From Candidatus Thalassarchaeaceae archaeon (lineage in GTDB: Archaea; Thermoplasmatota; Poseidoniia; Poseidoniales; Thalassarchaeaceae): 32,000 nucleotides of DNA. Of the stretch, positions 1-8,770 are shown one piece after another. The notes below the pieces were generated by a model that searched no databases, had not been told where the DNA came from, and saw only the letters and a list, made by a program, of their open reading frames with translations. Within the stretch, counting starts at the first letter, position 1, and each line of letters opens with the position of its first letter. The stretch is from the NCBI GenBank assembly GCA_045568075.1, contig JBJLBP010000001.1, positions 1,410,001 through 1,442,000 of the forward strand. Reading direction: 5' to 3'. Both the position numbers and the translations under genes were made by a program.

Positions 1-2
1 TG

Positions 3-299
3 GTGGTTCCAGAGAAGGAAAACTGGAGGCATGTCTTCGACCTCACGCGTTTCAAGGAGCGCCCTCAGAAATTGGACCCAAGCACCTATCGAAAACGCGT
101 GCAACAAGCACTATTCACTAAGGTCAGAGTACATTACGACCTAACTAGAGATCAGATGGCTATCAAACCGCCAGCTGAAATCCAGACGATGATTGGAGAT
201 CCCCGACTCGTCGAACTGGCATATAGTCAGAGCAGAAAATACACTCCCCAAGAATTGCGACAGCTGATGGTTGCGATTCGACGTTGGGGTAAGAACTGA
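3..299 (+). CDS. hypothetical protein, C-terminal fragment (gene probably starts upstream of the window)
   Basis: Frame-3 ORF runs from the first bases of the window to TGA at 297-299. The listed first codon is GTG at 3-5, so it is probably internal. I recognise no family motif. Confidence 0.4.
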   Translation: MVPEKENWRHVFDLTRFKERPQKLDPSTYRKRVQQALFTKVRVHYDLTRDQMAIKPPAEIQTMIGDPRLVELAYSQSRKYTPQELRQLMVAIRRWGKN

Positions 300-322
300 A
301 GAAAAAAAATGGAGAGAAAAAA

Positions 323-1330
323 ATGACTGAAGAAAAAGCAGCGACTAAGAAGAAGGCCGCAGGCGGTACAAAGAAGGTGAGCGATAAGCTCGCTGCCGTC
401 GGTGCGATCGGACAAGCGATCGGTACCGAAGTGCAGAAGGTGATCATTGGAAAGAGCCACGTTATCGACAATGTGATGATCAACATCCTGTCCAACGGTA
501 ACCTCCTGTTCGAAGATTACCCTGGCCTTGCAAAGACCCTAATGACGAATACGTTCGCCGATGCTCTCGGCTGCGACTTCAAGCGTGTACAATTCACGCC
601 TGACTTGTTGCCAGCGGACATCACTGGAACGAATATCTACGATGCGAAGAAGGGAGAATTCTCCTTCAAGCCTGGACCGATATTCTGCAACCTGCTCCTG
701 TCTGACGAGATTAACCGTGCGCCACCGAAGACGCAAGCGGCTCTGCTCGAAGCCATGCAGGAGTACCAAGTGACCATCGGAACCGTCACCCACAAACTCC
801 CAGCACCGTTCCTTACAATGGCGACACAGAACCCTGTCGAACAGGAAGGTACCTACCCACTACCAGAAGCTCAACTTGACCGATTCATGTTCAAGATGAG
901 CGTTGGTTACCCAGACCGTGCGGATGAGGACGAGATCCTCGCTCGACGTATCGCCCGAAAGAAGGACGCAGTCGAAGTCGAGGTCATCACTGACCCAGCC
1001 CGTGTGGTAGCAATGCAGCAAGCCATCGAGGATGTTTACGTCGACCCCGCTGTACGCATGTACATGGTCGAGATTGTCTCGAGAACCCGTGAAGATCCAC
1101 GTGTCCTCGTAGGTTCCTCACCACGTGGTTCACAGGCTCTACTGAAGACGAGCCGATCCGCAGCAGCAATGCGCGGACGAGACTTCGTCACACCGGACGA
1201 TGTGAAGTCGATTGCAACCCTCGCGGTTGCTCACCGATTGATCCTCAAGCCCGAGCACCAAATCAAGGGACTCGAGAATGACGAAGTCATCTCGGACATC
1301 CTGCGCCAGGTGCCAGTGCCAACGGTGTGA
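323..1330 (+). CDS. MoxR-family AAA+ ATPase
   Basis: Walker A variant YPGLAKT, Walker B LLLSDEINRAPPKTQAALLEAMQE, ATQNPVEQEGTYPLPEAQLDRF, and the C-terminal SPRGSQALLKTSRSAAAMRGRDFVTPDDV lid typical of MoxR. ATG start follows an A-rich leader. Confidence 0.92.
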   Translation: MTEEKAATKKKAAGGTKKVSDKLAAVGAIGQAIGTEVQKVIIGKSHVIDNVMINILSNGNLLFEDYPGLAKTLMTNTFADALGCDFKRVQFTPDLLPADITGTNIYDAKKGEFSFKPGPIFCNLLLSDEINRAPPKTQAALLEAMQEYQVTIGTVTHKLPAPFLTMATQNPVEQEGTYPLPEAQLDRFMFKMSVGYPDRADEDEILARRIARKKDAVEVEVITDPARVVAMQQAIEDVYVDPAVRMYMVEIVSRTREDPRVLVGSSPRGSQALLKTSRSAAAMRGRDFVTPDDVKSIATLAVAHRLILKPEHQIKGLENDEVISDILRQVPVPTV

Positions 1331-1354
1331 GACTGAAGGACTGACTGAACATAA

Positions 1355-1362
1355 GGAGGTGA
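1355..1362 (+). promoter_or_regulatory. Shine-Dalgarno-like ribosome binding site (GGAGGTGA) for the DUF58 gene
   Basis: GGAGGTGA lies 6 nt upstream of the ATG at 1369, in the 38-nt gap after the MoxR stop. Confidence 0.6.
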
Positions 1363-1368
1363 GAGCCA

Positions 1369-2685
1369 ATGGCATGGAGCAGGAAATCAGCCATGTTCGC
1401 AGCGCTGGCGATAGCGTTGTACCTGCTCGGGCTGGTGCTGAGAAATCAGCAACTGGTCACCGTTGCCGTAGTTCTACTCTCTTTCCTGACCTATGCGGCC
1501 TTCCGCACTACTCACGCCGATGTCGCTTCTAGCGGCAGGCGTCTAGAAGATGCGGAAGCAGATGCAGGCATCCAGTTACAATCGATTGTCGCTATGCGAA
1601 AACTCTCATCAGCGAGAGTTTTCGAAGACGGCGAAATCGACGTTGTTCTCAGAATCCAGAACCGATCAAATCTCTCCAAGGTTCTGGAAGTGAGAGATAG
1701 GGTGCCAGAAGTCATGCGAATCAAGAAGGGTGCAAATTACGTCTTGATGGAACTCGGAGGTCGTAAAGAGACCGAGATTTCCTACACTATCGAGGCCCCT
1801 CTCCGTGGATTCTACACGATTGGACCTGTCTGCGTACGTGTACAGGATGCATTCGGTCTATTCCACAACGAGCGTGAGATTCACCTGTACGATGATTTCC
1901 TCGTCTTCCCAAAGATGGAGGATATCAAGGACGCACTCATCAAGAGTCGCGTTCCAAAGATCTTCACCGGTGCGGTCAACATTCGTAATCCAGGTGAAGG
2001 AACGAATTTCTACAACCTGCGCGAGTACATCCCAGGAGACCCGATGAAGAAGGTCAACTGGAAGGCATGGGCTCGCTCTGGAAAAATGATGGTCAACGAA
2101 TTCGAGCGCGATGCCGTCTCCGATATCATTCTGATTATCGACAGTCGGTCGGTCAGCGAGACCGGTCCCGTGAGTAGAAACTCACTGGTTTACAGCACGA
2201 GAGCGGCTGCTAGTTTAGCTCAGTATTTCCTCTCTCGAAGAGACTCTGTTGGCCTCGTGACTTATGGTGACGAAATCGTCTCCATCGACCGCGATACAGG
2301 CAAGAAGCAGCTCTACGTGATTCTAACCAAGCTCGCAGGTGCGATGGCGAAAGGAAACACTCCGCTCAAGGTTGTCACCAATCGAATTCTGCCGCATATC
2401 AATCGAGGCAGCCCGATCATCATTCTGAGCCCTCTCGAAGACGACCCCACCGTCATGGATGCGGTACGAGACCTGAGGGCTCGAAACTTCGACGTGACAA
2501 TTCTCTCACCATCGAGTCTCGAATTCGAATTCGATGCTCGCAGACTCGATCGAACCGGATACGAGGTGCTCAAGACCGAGCGAGATATTCTAATCAGTGA
2601 ACTACGAGGTCTTGGTGCAAATGTGATGGATTGGGAGCCTGACATGATGTTGGTTACCGCTCTTGCAGGAGCACGTGGATTCTGA
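1369..2685 (+). CDS. DUF58 domain protein with vWA-like fold, the usual MoxR partner, N-terminally membrane anchored
   Basis: DUF58 signature REYIPGDPMKKVNWKAWARSGKMMVNEFERD, followed by IILIIDSRSVS (DxSxS MIDAS-like). Two N-terminal hydrophobic helices. Sits directly downstream of MoxR. Confidence 0.88.
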   Translation: MAWSRKSAMFAALAIALYLLGLVLRNQQLVTVAVVLLSFLTYAAFRTTHADVASSGRRLEDAEADAGIQLQSIVAMRKLSSARVFEDGEIDVVLRIQNRSNLSKVLEVRDRVPEVMRIKKGANYVLMELGGRKETEISYTIEAPLRGFYTIGPVCVRVQDAFGLFHNEREIHLYDDFLVFPKMEDIKDALIKSRVPKIFTGAVNIRNPGEGTNFYNLREYIPGDPMKKVNWKAWARSGKMMVNEFERDAVSDIILIIDSRSVSETGPVSRNSLVYSTRAAASLAQYFLSRRDSVGLVTYGDEIVSIDRDTGKKQLYVILTKLAGAMAKGNTPLKVVTNRILPHINRGSPIIILSPLEDDPTVMDAVRDLRARNFDVTILSPSSLEFEFDARRLDRTGYEVLKTERDILISELRGLGANVMDWEPDMMLVTALAGARGF

Positions 2686-2692
2686 GGAGGTG
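2686..2692 (+). promoter_or_regulatory. Shine-Dalgarno-like ribosome binding site (GGAGGTG) for the membrane protein gene
   Basis: GGAGGTG lies 6 nt upstream of the ATG at 2699, immediately after the DUF58 stop. Confidence 0.55.
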
Positions 2693-2698
2693 TGAGAA

Positions 2699-3634
2699 AT
2701 GGCAGACGAGATCAAGACGGAAGGAGCCAGCGACACTTCGCATCTTTACGAGAGTAAGGTCATCCGCTCATCGGCTCCAAGTCGAAAGAAAGCGGCTGGA
2801 CGTCTGAAGTCCAGCACCGAGATTCCTCGTGATGCGATTCCAGAGATACATGTTCCATCCTGGATTGAATCATTCTTTGGAGGACCAATTGTCGCAACGA
2901 CGAAGTTCCTACCTGCAAATAACACAGTCTCGATGCTTCAGATGTCTTCAGCTGTGGTACTTTTCGCCCTATCTCTCCTCACTCTTGCGTTCACCCCAGT
3001 ATCAGGTACAGCTTGGTTCACTATCGCCAATTTGATTGGGATCCCAATCATTGGCGGAATCATACACATACTCATCATGGTAGTAGGCGCGATAGGTGGA
3101 TTCTACGGAATTTTCCAGCGTGATCAAAGAGCATTGTTGGTGTCCTATGTCGCCATGCTCGTAGTCACTCTGCGCTTCGCAGGAAGCAAAGTCGAATTCG
3201 GATTCAGCTTCCTACCTGAAGGCGAAATTTTACAGAAGATTCTGCTAATCGCATACGCGGTCTTCTTGGTGATGTACTTCGAATTGACAAGCGGTATCAT
3301 TCGCTTTTCTATGCTAGACACCTCGATTCGCACCGGTGAGGTCTATGTTATGGGTGAAGGGAAAATCATTCGTCAATATCACCGAGCACTGGCAATTACT
3401 CCAATAGTCGCGGCTTTGGTAGCTCTGCTCACCCTTCTCATCAACCTCATCGTTCCTGGAATTGTTGGTATCTTCGATAGTGTGCAGGCAGCTAGATTGA
3501 GTGAATCTGTTGAACTGACCAGTGTCTACGGTGTCGCGATGGGTACCGCATTTGTGTTTACAATAGTCGCCGCGGCCTTCGCGATTAATCTGCCTCTGCG
3601 GATTCAGCAAATGCAAGAAAGTCGCAACAACTAG
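2699..3634 (+). CDS. polytopic membrane protein of unknown function, third gene of the MoxR/DUF58 operon
   Basis: 311 aa with a ~60-aa polar N-terminus followed by about 7 hydrophobic helices. Strong RBS and 13-nt spacing from the DUF58 gene. No recognisable catalytic motif. Confidence 0.6.
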   Translation: MADEIKTEGASDTSHLYESKVIRSSAPSRKKAAGRLKSSTEIPRDAIPEIHVPSWIESFFGGPIVATTKFLPANNTVSMLQMSSAVVLFALSLLTLAFTPVSGTAWFTIANLIGIPIIGGIIHILIMVVGAIGGFYGIFQRDQRALLVSYVAMLVVTLRFAGSKVEFGFSFLPEGEILQKILLIAYAVFLVMYFELTSGIIRFSMLDTSIRTGEVYVMGEGKIIRQYHRALAITPIVAALVALLTLLINLIVPGIVGIFDSVQAARLSESVELTSVYGVAMGTAFVFTIVAAAFAINLPLRIQQMQESRNN

Positions 3635-3643
3635 GCGAATCGA

Positions 3644-4756
3644 TTACTCGGACTGCTCTACTCCGAGGTAGCCACCAATCATCCCGAGGTCGGCAAGGAC
3701 GAGCCTTGCGATGGACTCGACTACAGGCACTGCTCGAGGACCAAGCACTGGGTCATGGCGTCCTGGGACCTTCAGGGGTCTCTGATCGCCGCTAGGAAGG
3801 TGAAGTGTGGATTGCTCGCGAGCGATACTACTGGGTGGCTTGAAATGGACTATGATACGCATTGGAGCGCCTGTTGAACGGCCGCCCAGAGCACCATCTG
3901 CGCTGGCATCTTCCGCTCCACTCAAAACGGGTTGATCTCCGTTAAGATGCCAAGCATCATTGTGTTCAGAGCCGCGCATCCTAGATGCTTCTGTCCCGCG
4001 CGAGAATTCAACAGCGCGCGCACCTGGAATCGCCATCATGCCTCGTGCGAGTGCAGGCTCAAGACCATCGAACCATGGCTCGCCTAGCCCAAGCGGCAAA
4101 CCTTCGATGATACATTCGACGCTTGAGCCAATTGAATCTTGATCTAACCTAATTTCCTCGATGAGTGAAGAGAACATCTCACTCGTATCCTCATCTCGGC
4201 AGTTGAGTCGAGCCATCGTCGAATCTTCGGGTAATACAGAATCGCGGTCCAATCCGAATAGTGGAGCTGCAACAAGATCTCCGACACTATGCAGATGAGC
4301 CTCGACTCTCCAGCCAGCCTCGCTCAGCAAACCTCGTAGCTGGCTGGCAGCAGAAACCAAACCATAGGTCAGGCGGGCCGACTGTGAACCGCCACCACGA
4401 AGATCAGAGGCACCACCTGAACGAATCTGTTCAGTCAAATCCGCATGTCCGGGGCGTGGCTGGTCAGGGAGGAAGTTGTAGTCCTTTGAACGTGCATCGG
4501 AATTCCATGTCAGAAGTAGAATTGGCCAACCGGTCGCTTTACCTTCGTGAACTCCAGAAATAATCTCACATTCATCACTCTCCGCACGAGTACTCAATCC
4601 CTTTCGGCCCGGCTTACGCCTCTCAATATCATCTCTCAATACGTCGATATCAATCTCAGTTCCAGCAGGAATTCCCTCAACGAGAGCCCCCACACCTCGA
4701 CCGTGGCTTTCGCCGAAAAGTGTCACACGAACCGAGTCGCCGAGTCGCATTCCCAT
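3644..4756 (-). CDS. aroC: chorismate synthase
   Basis: N-terminal VTLFGESHGRGVGALVEGIPAG plus RPGHAD and SARLT-type blocks. The ORF-track start is 4810, but the ATG at 4754-4756 (MGMRLGDSVRVTLFGESHG) fits the family N-terminus. It also begins 2 nt after the upstream gene's stop codon (4759-4761). Confidence 0.9.
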   Translation of the reverse strand: MGMRLGDSVRVTLFGESHGRGVGALVEGIPAGTEIDIDVLRDDIERRKPGRKGLSTRAESDECEIISGVHEGKATGWPILLLTWNSDARSKDYNFLPDQPRPGHADLTEQIRSGGASDLRGGGSQSARLTYGLVSAASQLRGLLSEAGWRVEAHLHSVGDLVAAPLFGLDRDSVLPEDSTMARLNCRDEDTSEMFSSLIEEIRLDQDSIGSSVECIIEGLPLGLGEPWFDGLEPALARGMMAIPGARAVEFSRGTEASRMRGSEHNDAWHLNGDQPVLSGAEDASADGALGGRSTGAPMRIIVHFKPPSSIAREQSTLHLPSGDQRPLKVPGRHDPVLGPRAVPVVESIARLVLADLGMIGGYLGVEQSE

Positions 4757-4758
4757 GG

Positions 4759-5613
4759 TTAAGTCACGACCTCGAACTTTTGATCGATCGACATTCGAGT
4801 TCGAATCCAATTCAACTCTCTTATGTCAAGAAATTGTGATAATTTGTCGGCCTGATTAGCATCAGCCAAAACGACGATTGCAGGCCCAGAACCCGTGATT
4901 GCAGCCGGACAATCGGTCTCAATCTCGATATCTTCACACAAACGAGTTGCCTCGTCGTCTCCCAACACCTCAGCCACCAGTTGACCATTGAGTCGGAACG
5001 CCTCAAGTGACCTATCTGTGCGGAGCATCCTAACGACATCTTCGAAGTGGCCCCGACGGTCGTGGAACTCAGCAATATTGACCTCAGCCTTGGGCTGATT
5101 ACGGATTACGATAAACACCTCTTTCATAGGAACAATGACAGATTCTGAGAGCGGTTCTACGATATCAGTCGCAGCGACCAACCAAGGAATTGACCTATCC
5201 GAGGAGACGGTTATGTCATCGATTGCTTCGGTGATGCTTACTCCAGCAGCAAGTTGGACTGATGAGAGAAGATTGTTGCACATCGCCGCACTCATATCTG
5301 TTTCAGTCGCATCACAAAGAGCCCTTTGGGCTGCGACTAAGAGAGCTGTACTGGACTTCAGTCCCATCCCTATGGGGATCTCTGACTTGACTACCCAACC
5401 TAGCTTTCCTTGAGGAAGTGAGAGGTTACGGCTACTCCATCCCTCGAGTAGAAGATCCAAGAGTCTTGATTCATCTTCTGGAATCGGTGTAGGAACATCA
5501 GTCAACATGACTGTCGTTACCAATTCAATTGGCACTGCGCAACCAGTGCCACAGCCAGCTGCGTGGAGGAAACTGATGCCGGCGCAGCCATGGCCGATAC
5601 CGTGGACCTTCAT
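4759..5613 (-). CDS. shikimate kinase, archaeal GHMP-kinase type
   Basis: GHMP motif EIPIGMGLKSSTALLVAA and C-terminal AAITGSGPAIVVLAD. Size (284 aa) and position between DHQ synthase II and aroC match the archaeal enzyme (MJ1440-like, recalled from memory). ATGA start/stop overlap with the upstream gene. Confidence 0.75.
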   Translation of the reverse strand: MKVHGIGHGCAGISFLHAAGCGTGCAVPIELVTTVMLTDVPTPIPEDESRLLDLLLEGWSSRNLSLPQGKLGWVVKSEIPIGMGLKSSTALLVAAQRALCDATETDMSAAMCNNLLSSVQLAAGVSITEAIDDITVSSDRSIPWLVAATDIVEPLSESVIVPMKEVFIVIRNQPKAEVNIAEFHDRRGHFEDVVRMLRTDRSLEAFRLNGQLVAEVLGDDEATRLCEDIEIETDCPAAITGSGPAIVVLADANQADKLSQFLDIRELNWIRTRMSIDQKFEVVT

Positions 5614-6554
5614 CGCTCGTTCATCTCCCCTGCGACCTTGCGTCCGACATGTCGCATGCCGGTCGTTGTGCGAACCATAATCCGGTCACCAGCCTGTAAT
5701 GAGGTGACGCTTAGTGTGCCGTTTTCATCGATGAATCGGACTGTCTCTGCCTGTTGGGCAAGGACTTGGCCCAATCTCTCATCGATTTCAAAACGAACGA
5801 GAAGAAATGGGCGACGCTCAATTTTGAGACGACCGATAGAGGCGGGGCGAATAGCCCCGCTGGAATCTGTGATGGCGACCGCGTCACCCGCTTCGAGTTC
5901 ACTGAGATAACGAGTTGAGCCGTCCGCCATCAGGCAGTAAGCATGGACGGCTCCAGCATTGATGCGGAATGGACGAGAGGGGACAAATTCGGAAGGAACC
6001 GTCTCGCCATGAATCAGAACGAGGGCATTAGCTGAGGAACCGATGAGCATGCCCTCACCGAGGGCGAGCCGCTCAGTAAGATCGACGCAGACGCGCTCGC
6101 CAACCCCGCCGGACTCGATAGAAGTCACATCGGCAAGTAACAATTCGACGACCGCAGTGGGTTCCTCAGAATTTTGCGAATTACGCTCTCCTAAGACCGT
6201 TTTAGCGGCAGCCCACAATTCCTTATCTGCAGGCAGAAGCAGCGCATCCACTCCATGTTGCAAAGCGAAGGCGGCTCCATTCAGATCAACAGCCTTCGAT
6301 ATCGCAGCAGCCACGCGAGTTCCACTTCCAGCGGCTGCCGCAACGATGTTCTCCAGTGGGATCATCGTCCAATCCGAACATCGAACCAGAATCCAATCGA
6401 TCATCCCGACTAGAGAAAGAGCCTCATCTTGACCACGATGGTCATCCAAGTGAACAACAGCGACGTCAGCAGCCTCGCCAATCCAAATACGATCAGCATG
6501 ACCAGTAAGACTCGAGGAATCCTCACCCTCAAGCCATAATTCCACGCAAATCAC
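5610..6554 (-). CDS. aroB': 3-dehydroquinate synthase II (archaeal type)
   Basis: C-terminal block AGDAVAITDSSGAIRPASIGRLKIERRPFLLV resembles the conserved GRvKIErRP region of the archaeal DHQS-II family. Adjacent to and translationally coupled (GTGA overlap, GTG start) with the ADH synthase gene. Confidence 0.72.
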   Translation of the reverse strand: MICVELWLEGEDSSSLTGHADRIWIGEAADVAVVHLDDHRGQDEALSLVGMIDWILVRCSDWTMIPLENIVAAAAGSGTRVAAAISKAVDLNGAAFALQHGVDALLLPADKELWAAAKTVLGERNSQNSEEPTAVVELLLADVTSIESGGVGERVCVDLTERLALGEGMLIGSSANALVLIHGETVPSEFVPSRPFRINAGAVHAYCLMADGSTRYLSELEAGDAVAITDSSGAIRPASIGRLKIERRPFLLVRFEIDERLGQVLAQQAETVRFIDENGTLSVTSLQAGDRIMVRTTTGMRHVGRKVAGEMNER

Positions 6555-7345
6555 CCCAATAGAGCAGCCGCTTCGGCCGCGCTCAAACCATCGTGAACCA
6601 CTGCACGCAGCGCCCGAACGCGAGCGGCTGGATTATCCGATGAGAATACCTGACGGCCCATGCAAACTCCGCCGCCACCGGCAGCAATCGCCTGCTCAAC
6701 CACACTCAGAACATCGGTGAACGAGCCACCTTCCGGCCCACCCGCCATTAGCACAGGAATCGGTACTGTAGCACAGACCTTTGCGAAAGAGTCCGCATCG
6801 CCCGTCCAAGGTACTTTGACAACGTCACAACCGAGTTCCCAAGCCACACGTGCAGCATGAGCAACCCCCCCAGTTACATCGTCATCGGCAACCACAAGAT
6901 TCGCACCACGAGGGTAAATCATACCCAAAACAGGCATCCCGAGAGCGATCGCCTCGCCGGTCAATTCGCCCATTTCGGCGAGCATTTCTGGTTCGGCTTC
7001 ATCGCCAAGATTCACCTGAGCCGAACATCCACTAGCACCGCGAAATAAGCACTCATCAGCGGTGGCCACACGAACCTTCTCTCCAGCGCGTGCACCGCCA
7101 TGAACCGTAGAAACTGAGACATGACAGATGAAGCCATTCCAGCCTGTTCTCTCAAAGTGATGGCTGAGCGTACCCTTCTGCAAAACCAGCGCATCCGCAC
7201 CGCCTTCGATGCAGGCATCGACGACCTCGTCCATCCTTTCAAGTCCCTTTTCAGGGTATGAGGAAATGCCGTGGTCCATTGGAATCCACACTCCTCGACC
7301 GTCTGGGAGCAGGCGGGCGAGCCTCTCGAACTGCGTCTCTGCCAT
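6551..7345 (-). CDS. aroA': 2-amino-3,7-dideoxy-D-threo-hept-6-ulosonate (ADH) synthase, DhnA-type class I aldolase
   Basis: DhnA/class-I aldolase blocks IPMDHG, DALVLQKG and CDVVKVPWTGD (Schiff-base Lys region). Context with DHQS-II favours ADH synthase over archaeal FBP aldolase. The 32-codon ORF-track extension (7346-7441) is unlike the family, so I start at the ATG at 7343-7345 (MAETQFERL). Confidence 0.72.
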   Translation of the reverse strand: MAETQFERLARLLPDGRGVWIPMDHGISSYPEKGLERMDEVVDACIEGGADALVLQKGTLSHHFERTGWNGFICHVSVSTVHGGARAGEKVRVATADECLFRGASGCSAQVNLGDEAEPEMLAEMGELTGEAIALGMPVLGMIYPRGANLVVADDDVTGGVAHAARVAWELGCDVVKVPWTGDADSFAKVCATVPIPVLMAGGPEGGSFTDVLSVVEQAIAAGGGGVCMGRQVFSSDNPAARVRALRAVVHDGLSAAEAAALLG

Positions 7346-7456
7346 GGGAATCCGCCTGCGCTCTCTCACTTGAAAGGATGCGTTTCGTAAAACTGCAATA
7401 ATTATCCGCTCCCATAGGGAGCGGGGGCAAATATATCTCAATAATTAGCCATTGAA

Positions 7457-8752
7457 TTAACTAATTGCCCCCGCAGCAATTAGGAATATCAATAGTCCAA
7501 TTGTCATTACAAATGCCACCCCATGGAATATCACTTCAATGAAAATTTTCAGACTATTTTCCTCAATTTTGTCGTATGGGAATAATTTGTAGATAGCATC
7601 GCTTCCACCCTTGATTCCAAAAAATACCCTAGCGAATCTTGCCCGTCGAACTATTTCGAAGCAGACCATTACTGCAATCATGACGAAGATTGTGCCAATC
7701 ACCATTCCAGAATAGTATCCCACGCCAATAGCACCCAAGATAGCTATCGGAAGGAAGGTCAAGTGCATGTGAACGATGTAGGTTGGATATACAGCCTCAT
7801 TGAGGTAAGATAGCCATTTGTTCGGTTTATTCAACAACTTGGAAGACCAACTGAAAATCAGTAAACACCAGAACCAGGCGTGAAAGGATTGCAAAAATGA
7901 GGCAATTGTTGCAGTGCTCGAGAAGGCTGCATAACCACGATCAACCCAACCCCCTTCCATTACCAAAGGAATCTCACTACTTTCATTCATGATGAACCAA
8001 ATTATTGCCAATATTGGAGTGATAATGGTAACCGGGATGCGTACAGAATCCAAGGCTGGGAAGTATTCTTCCCTAGCAGAAATCAACAAGAATCCGAATA
8101 AGAAGTAAATCATGTATCGAGGAAATTCCCACCACATACCTACTTCACCAAAATGCCATGGTTTGAACAAGATTCCATTCAAGGCTAGAATAAGAGGCGG
8201 TAGCAGCAAAATTCCGAGGCCCCACTTAGCCCGTAAAATCGAACGAACAAGACGCAAGACTAAGCCATCTGGATTGTTTCTCACATGGGTGAATAATGGA
8301 GTCAATAGAACGGAGTAAATCAGTAGATTATAGATGAACCAAAGGTGCCCATAAGGCATATCGTCTGCACCTGGAAATATTGTGAACAACAGTATAGTTT
8401 TCTCTCCGAATTCAAAAATACCGAACCAGAGAATGTAGACTCCGAAGAGAAGAGGGAGACCCAATCTTGTGCCTCTTTCTCGGATATATTGTTGCCAAGA
8501 GCGTCTCCGGAAAGCGAATGCTGTACCCATACCTGAAATCACGAATAGGGCGGCTAGTCTCCATTGGTGCATGACTGAAATTACAACGAATAATGGTAGA
8601 TTGAATAATTCCATTGAACTATTCTCGCCGTCAAGTTGGCCCAAAGAGAATACAGCATAATGGAACCAAATTAGCAGAGCAAATAGTATCACTCTGAGCC
8701 AATCTATGTCATGACGACGGATTGGTTTACTGAGATTTTGAGACTCTTGCAT
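7457..8752 (-). CDS. acyltransferase family 3 (OafA/OpgC-like) integral membrane protein
   Basis: N-terminal RRHDIDWLRVILFALLIWFHYA (acyltransferase-3 D/H motif) and about 10 predicted helices. ATG start. Markedly AT-rich compared with the aro operon next to it. Confidence 0.75.
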   Translation of the reverse strand: MQESQNLSKPIRRHDIDWLRVILFALLIWFHYAVFSLGQLDGENSSMELFNLPLFVVISVMHQWRLAALFVISGMGTAFAFRRRSWQQYIRERGTRLGLPLLFGVYILWFGIFEFGEKTILLFTIFPGADDMPYGHLWFIYNLLIYSVLLTPLFTHVRNNPDGLVLRLVRSILRAKWGLGILLLPPLILALNGILFKPWHFGEVGMWWEFPRYMIYFLFGFLLISAREEYFPALDSVRIPVTIITPILAIIWFIMNESSEIPLVMEGGWVDRGYAAFSSTATIASFLQSFHAWFWCLLIFSWSSKLLNKPNKWLSYLNEAVYPTYIVHMHLTFLPIAILGAIGVGYYSGMVIGTIFVMIAVMVCFEIVRRARFARVFFGIKGGSDAIYKLFPYDKIEENSLKIFIEVIFHGVAFVMTIGLLIFLIAAGAIS

Positions 8753-8770
8753 TAGGAATCCTCTAGAAAA

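Noticed and set aside
163-495. 110-aa and 77-aa minus-strand ORFs across the junction between the upstream fragment and MoxR
   Set aside because: They are antisense to two plus-strand genes, including the clear MoxR N-terminus. The F/S-rich product comes from the A-rich leader.
4757-4810. 18-codon N-terminal extension of chorismate synthase overlapping the shikimate kinase gene
   Set aside because: The family N-terminus begins right before FGESHG. The ATG at 4754-4756 abuts the upstream stop, consistent with the coupling seen elsewhere in the operon.
7346-7441. 32-codon N-terminal extension of the ADH synthase ORF (MRYICPRSLWERIII...)
   Set aside because: The extension is unlike DhnA-family N-termini. 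The internal ATG at 7343-7345 gives MAETQFERLARL, a typical start just before the IPMDHG block.
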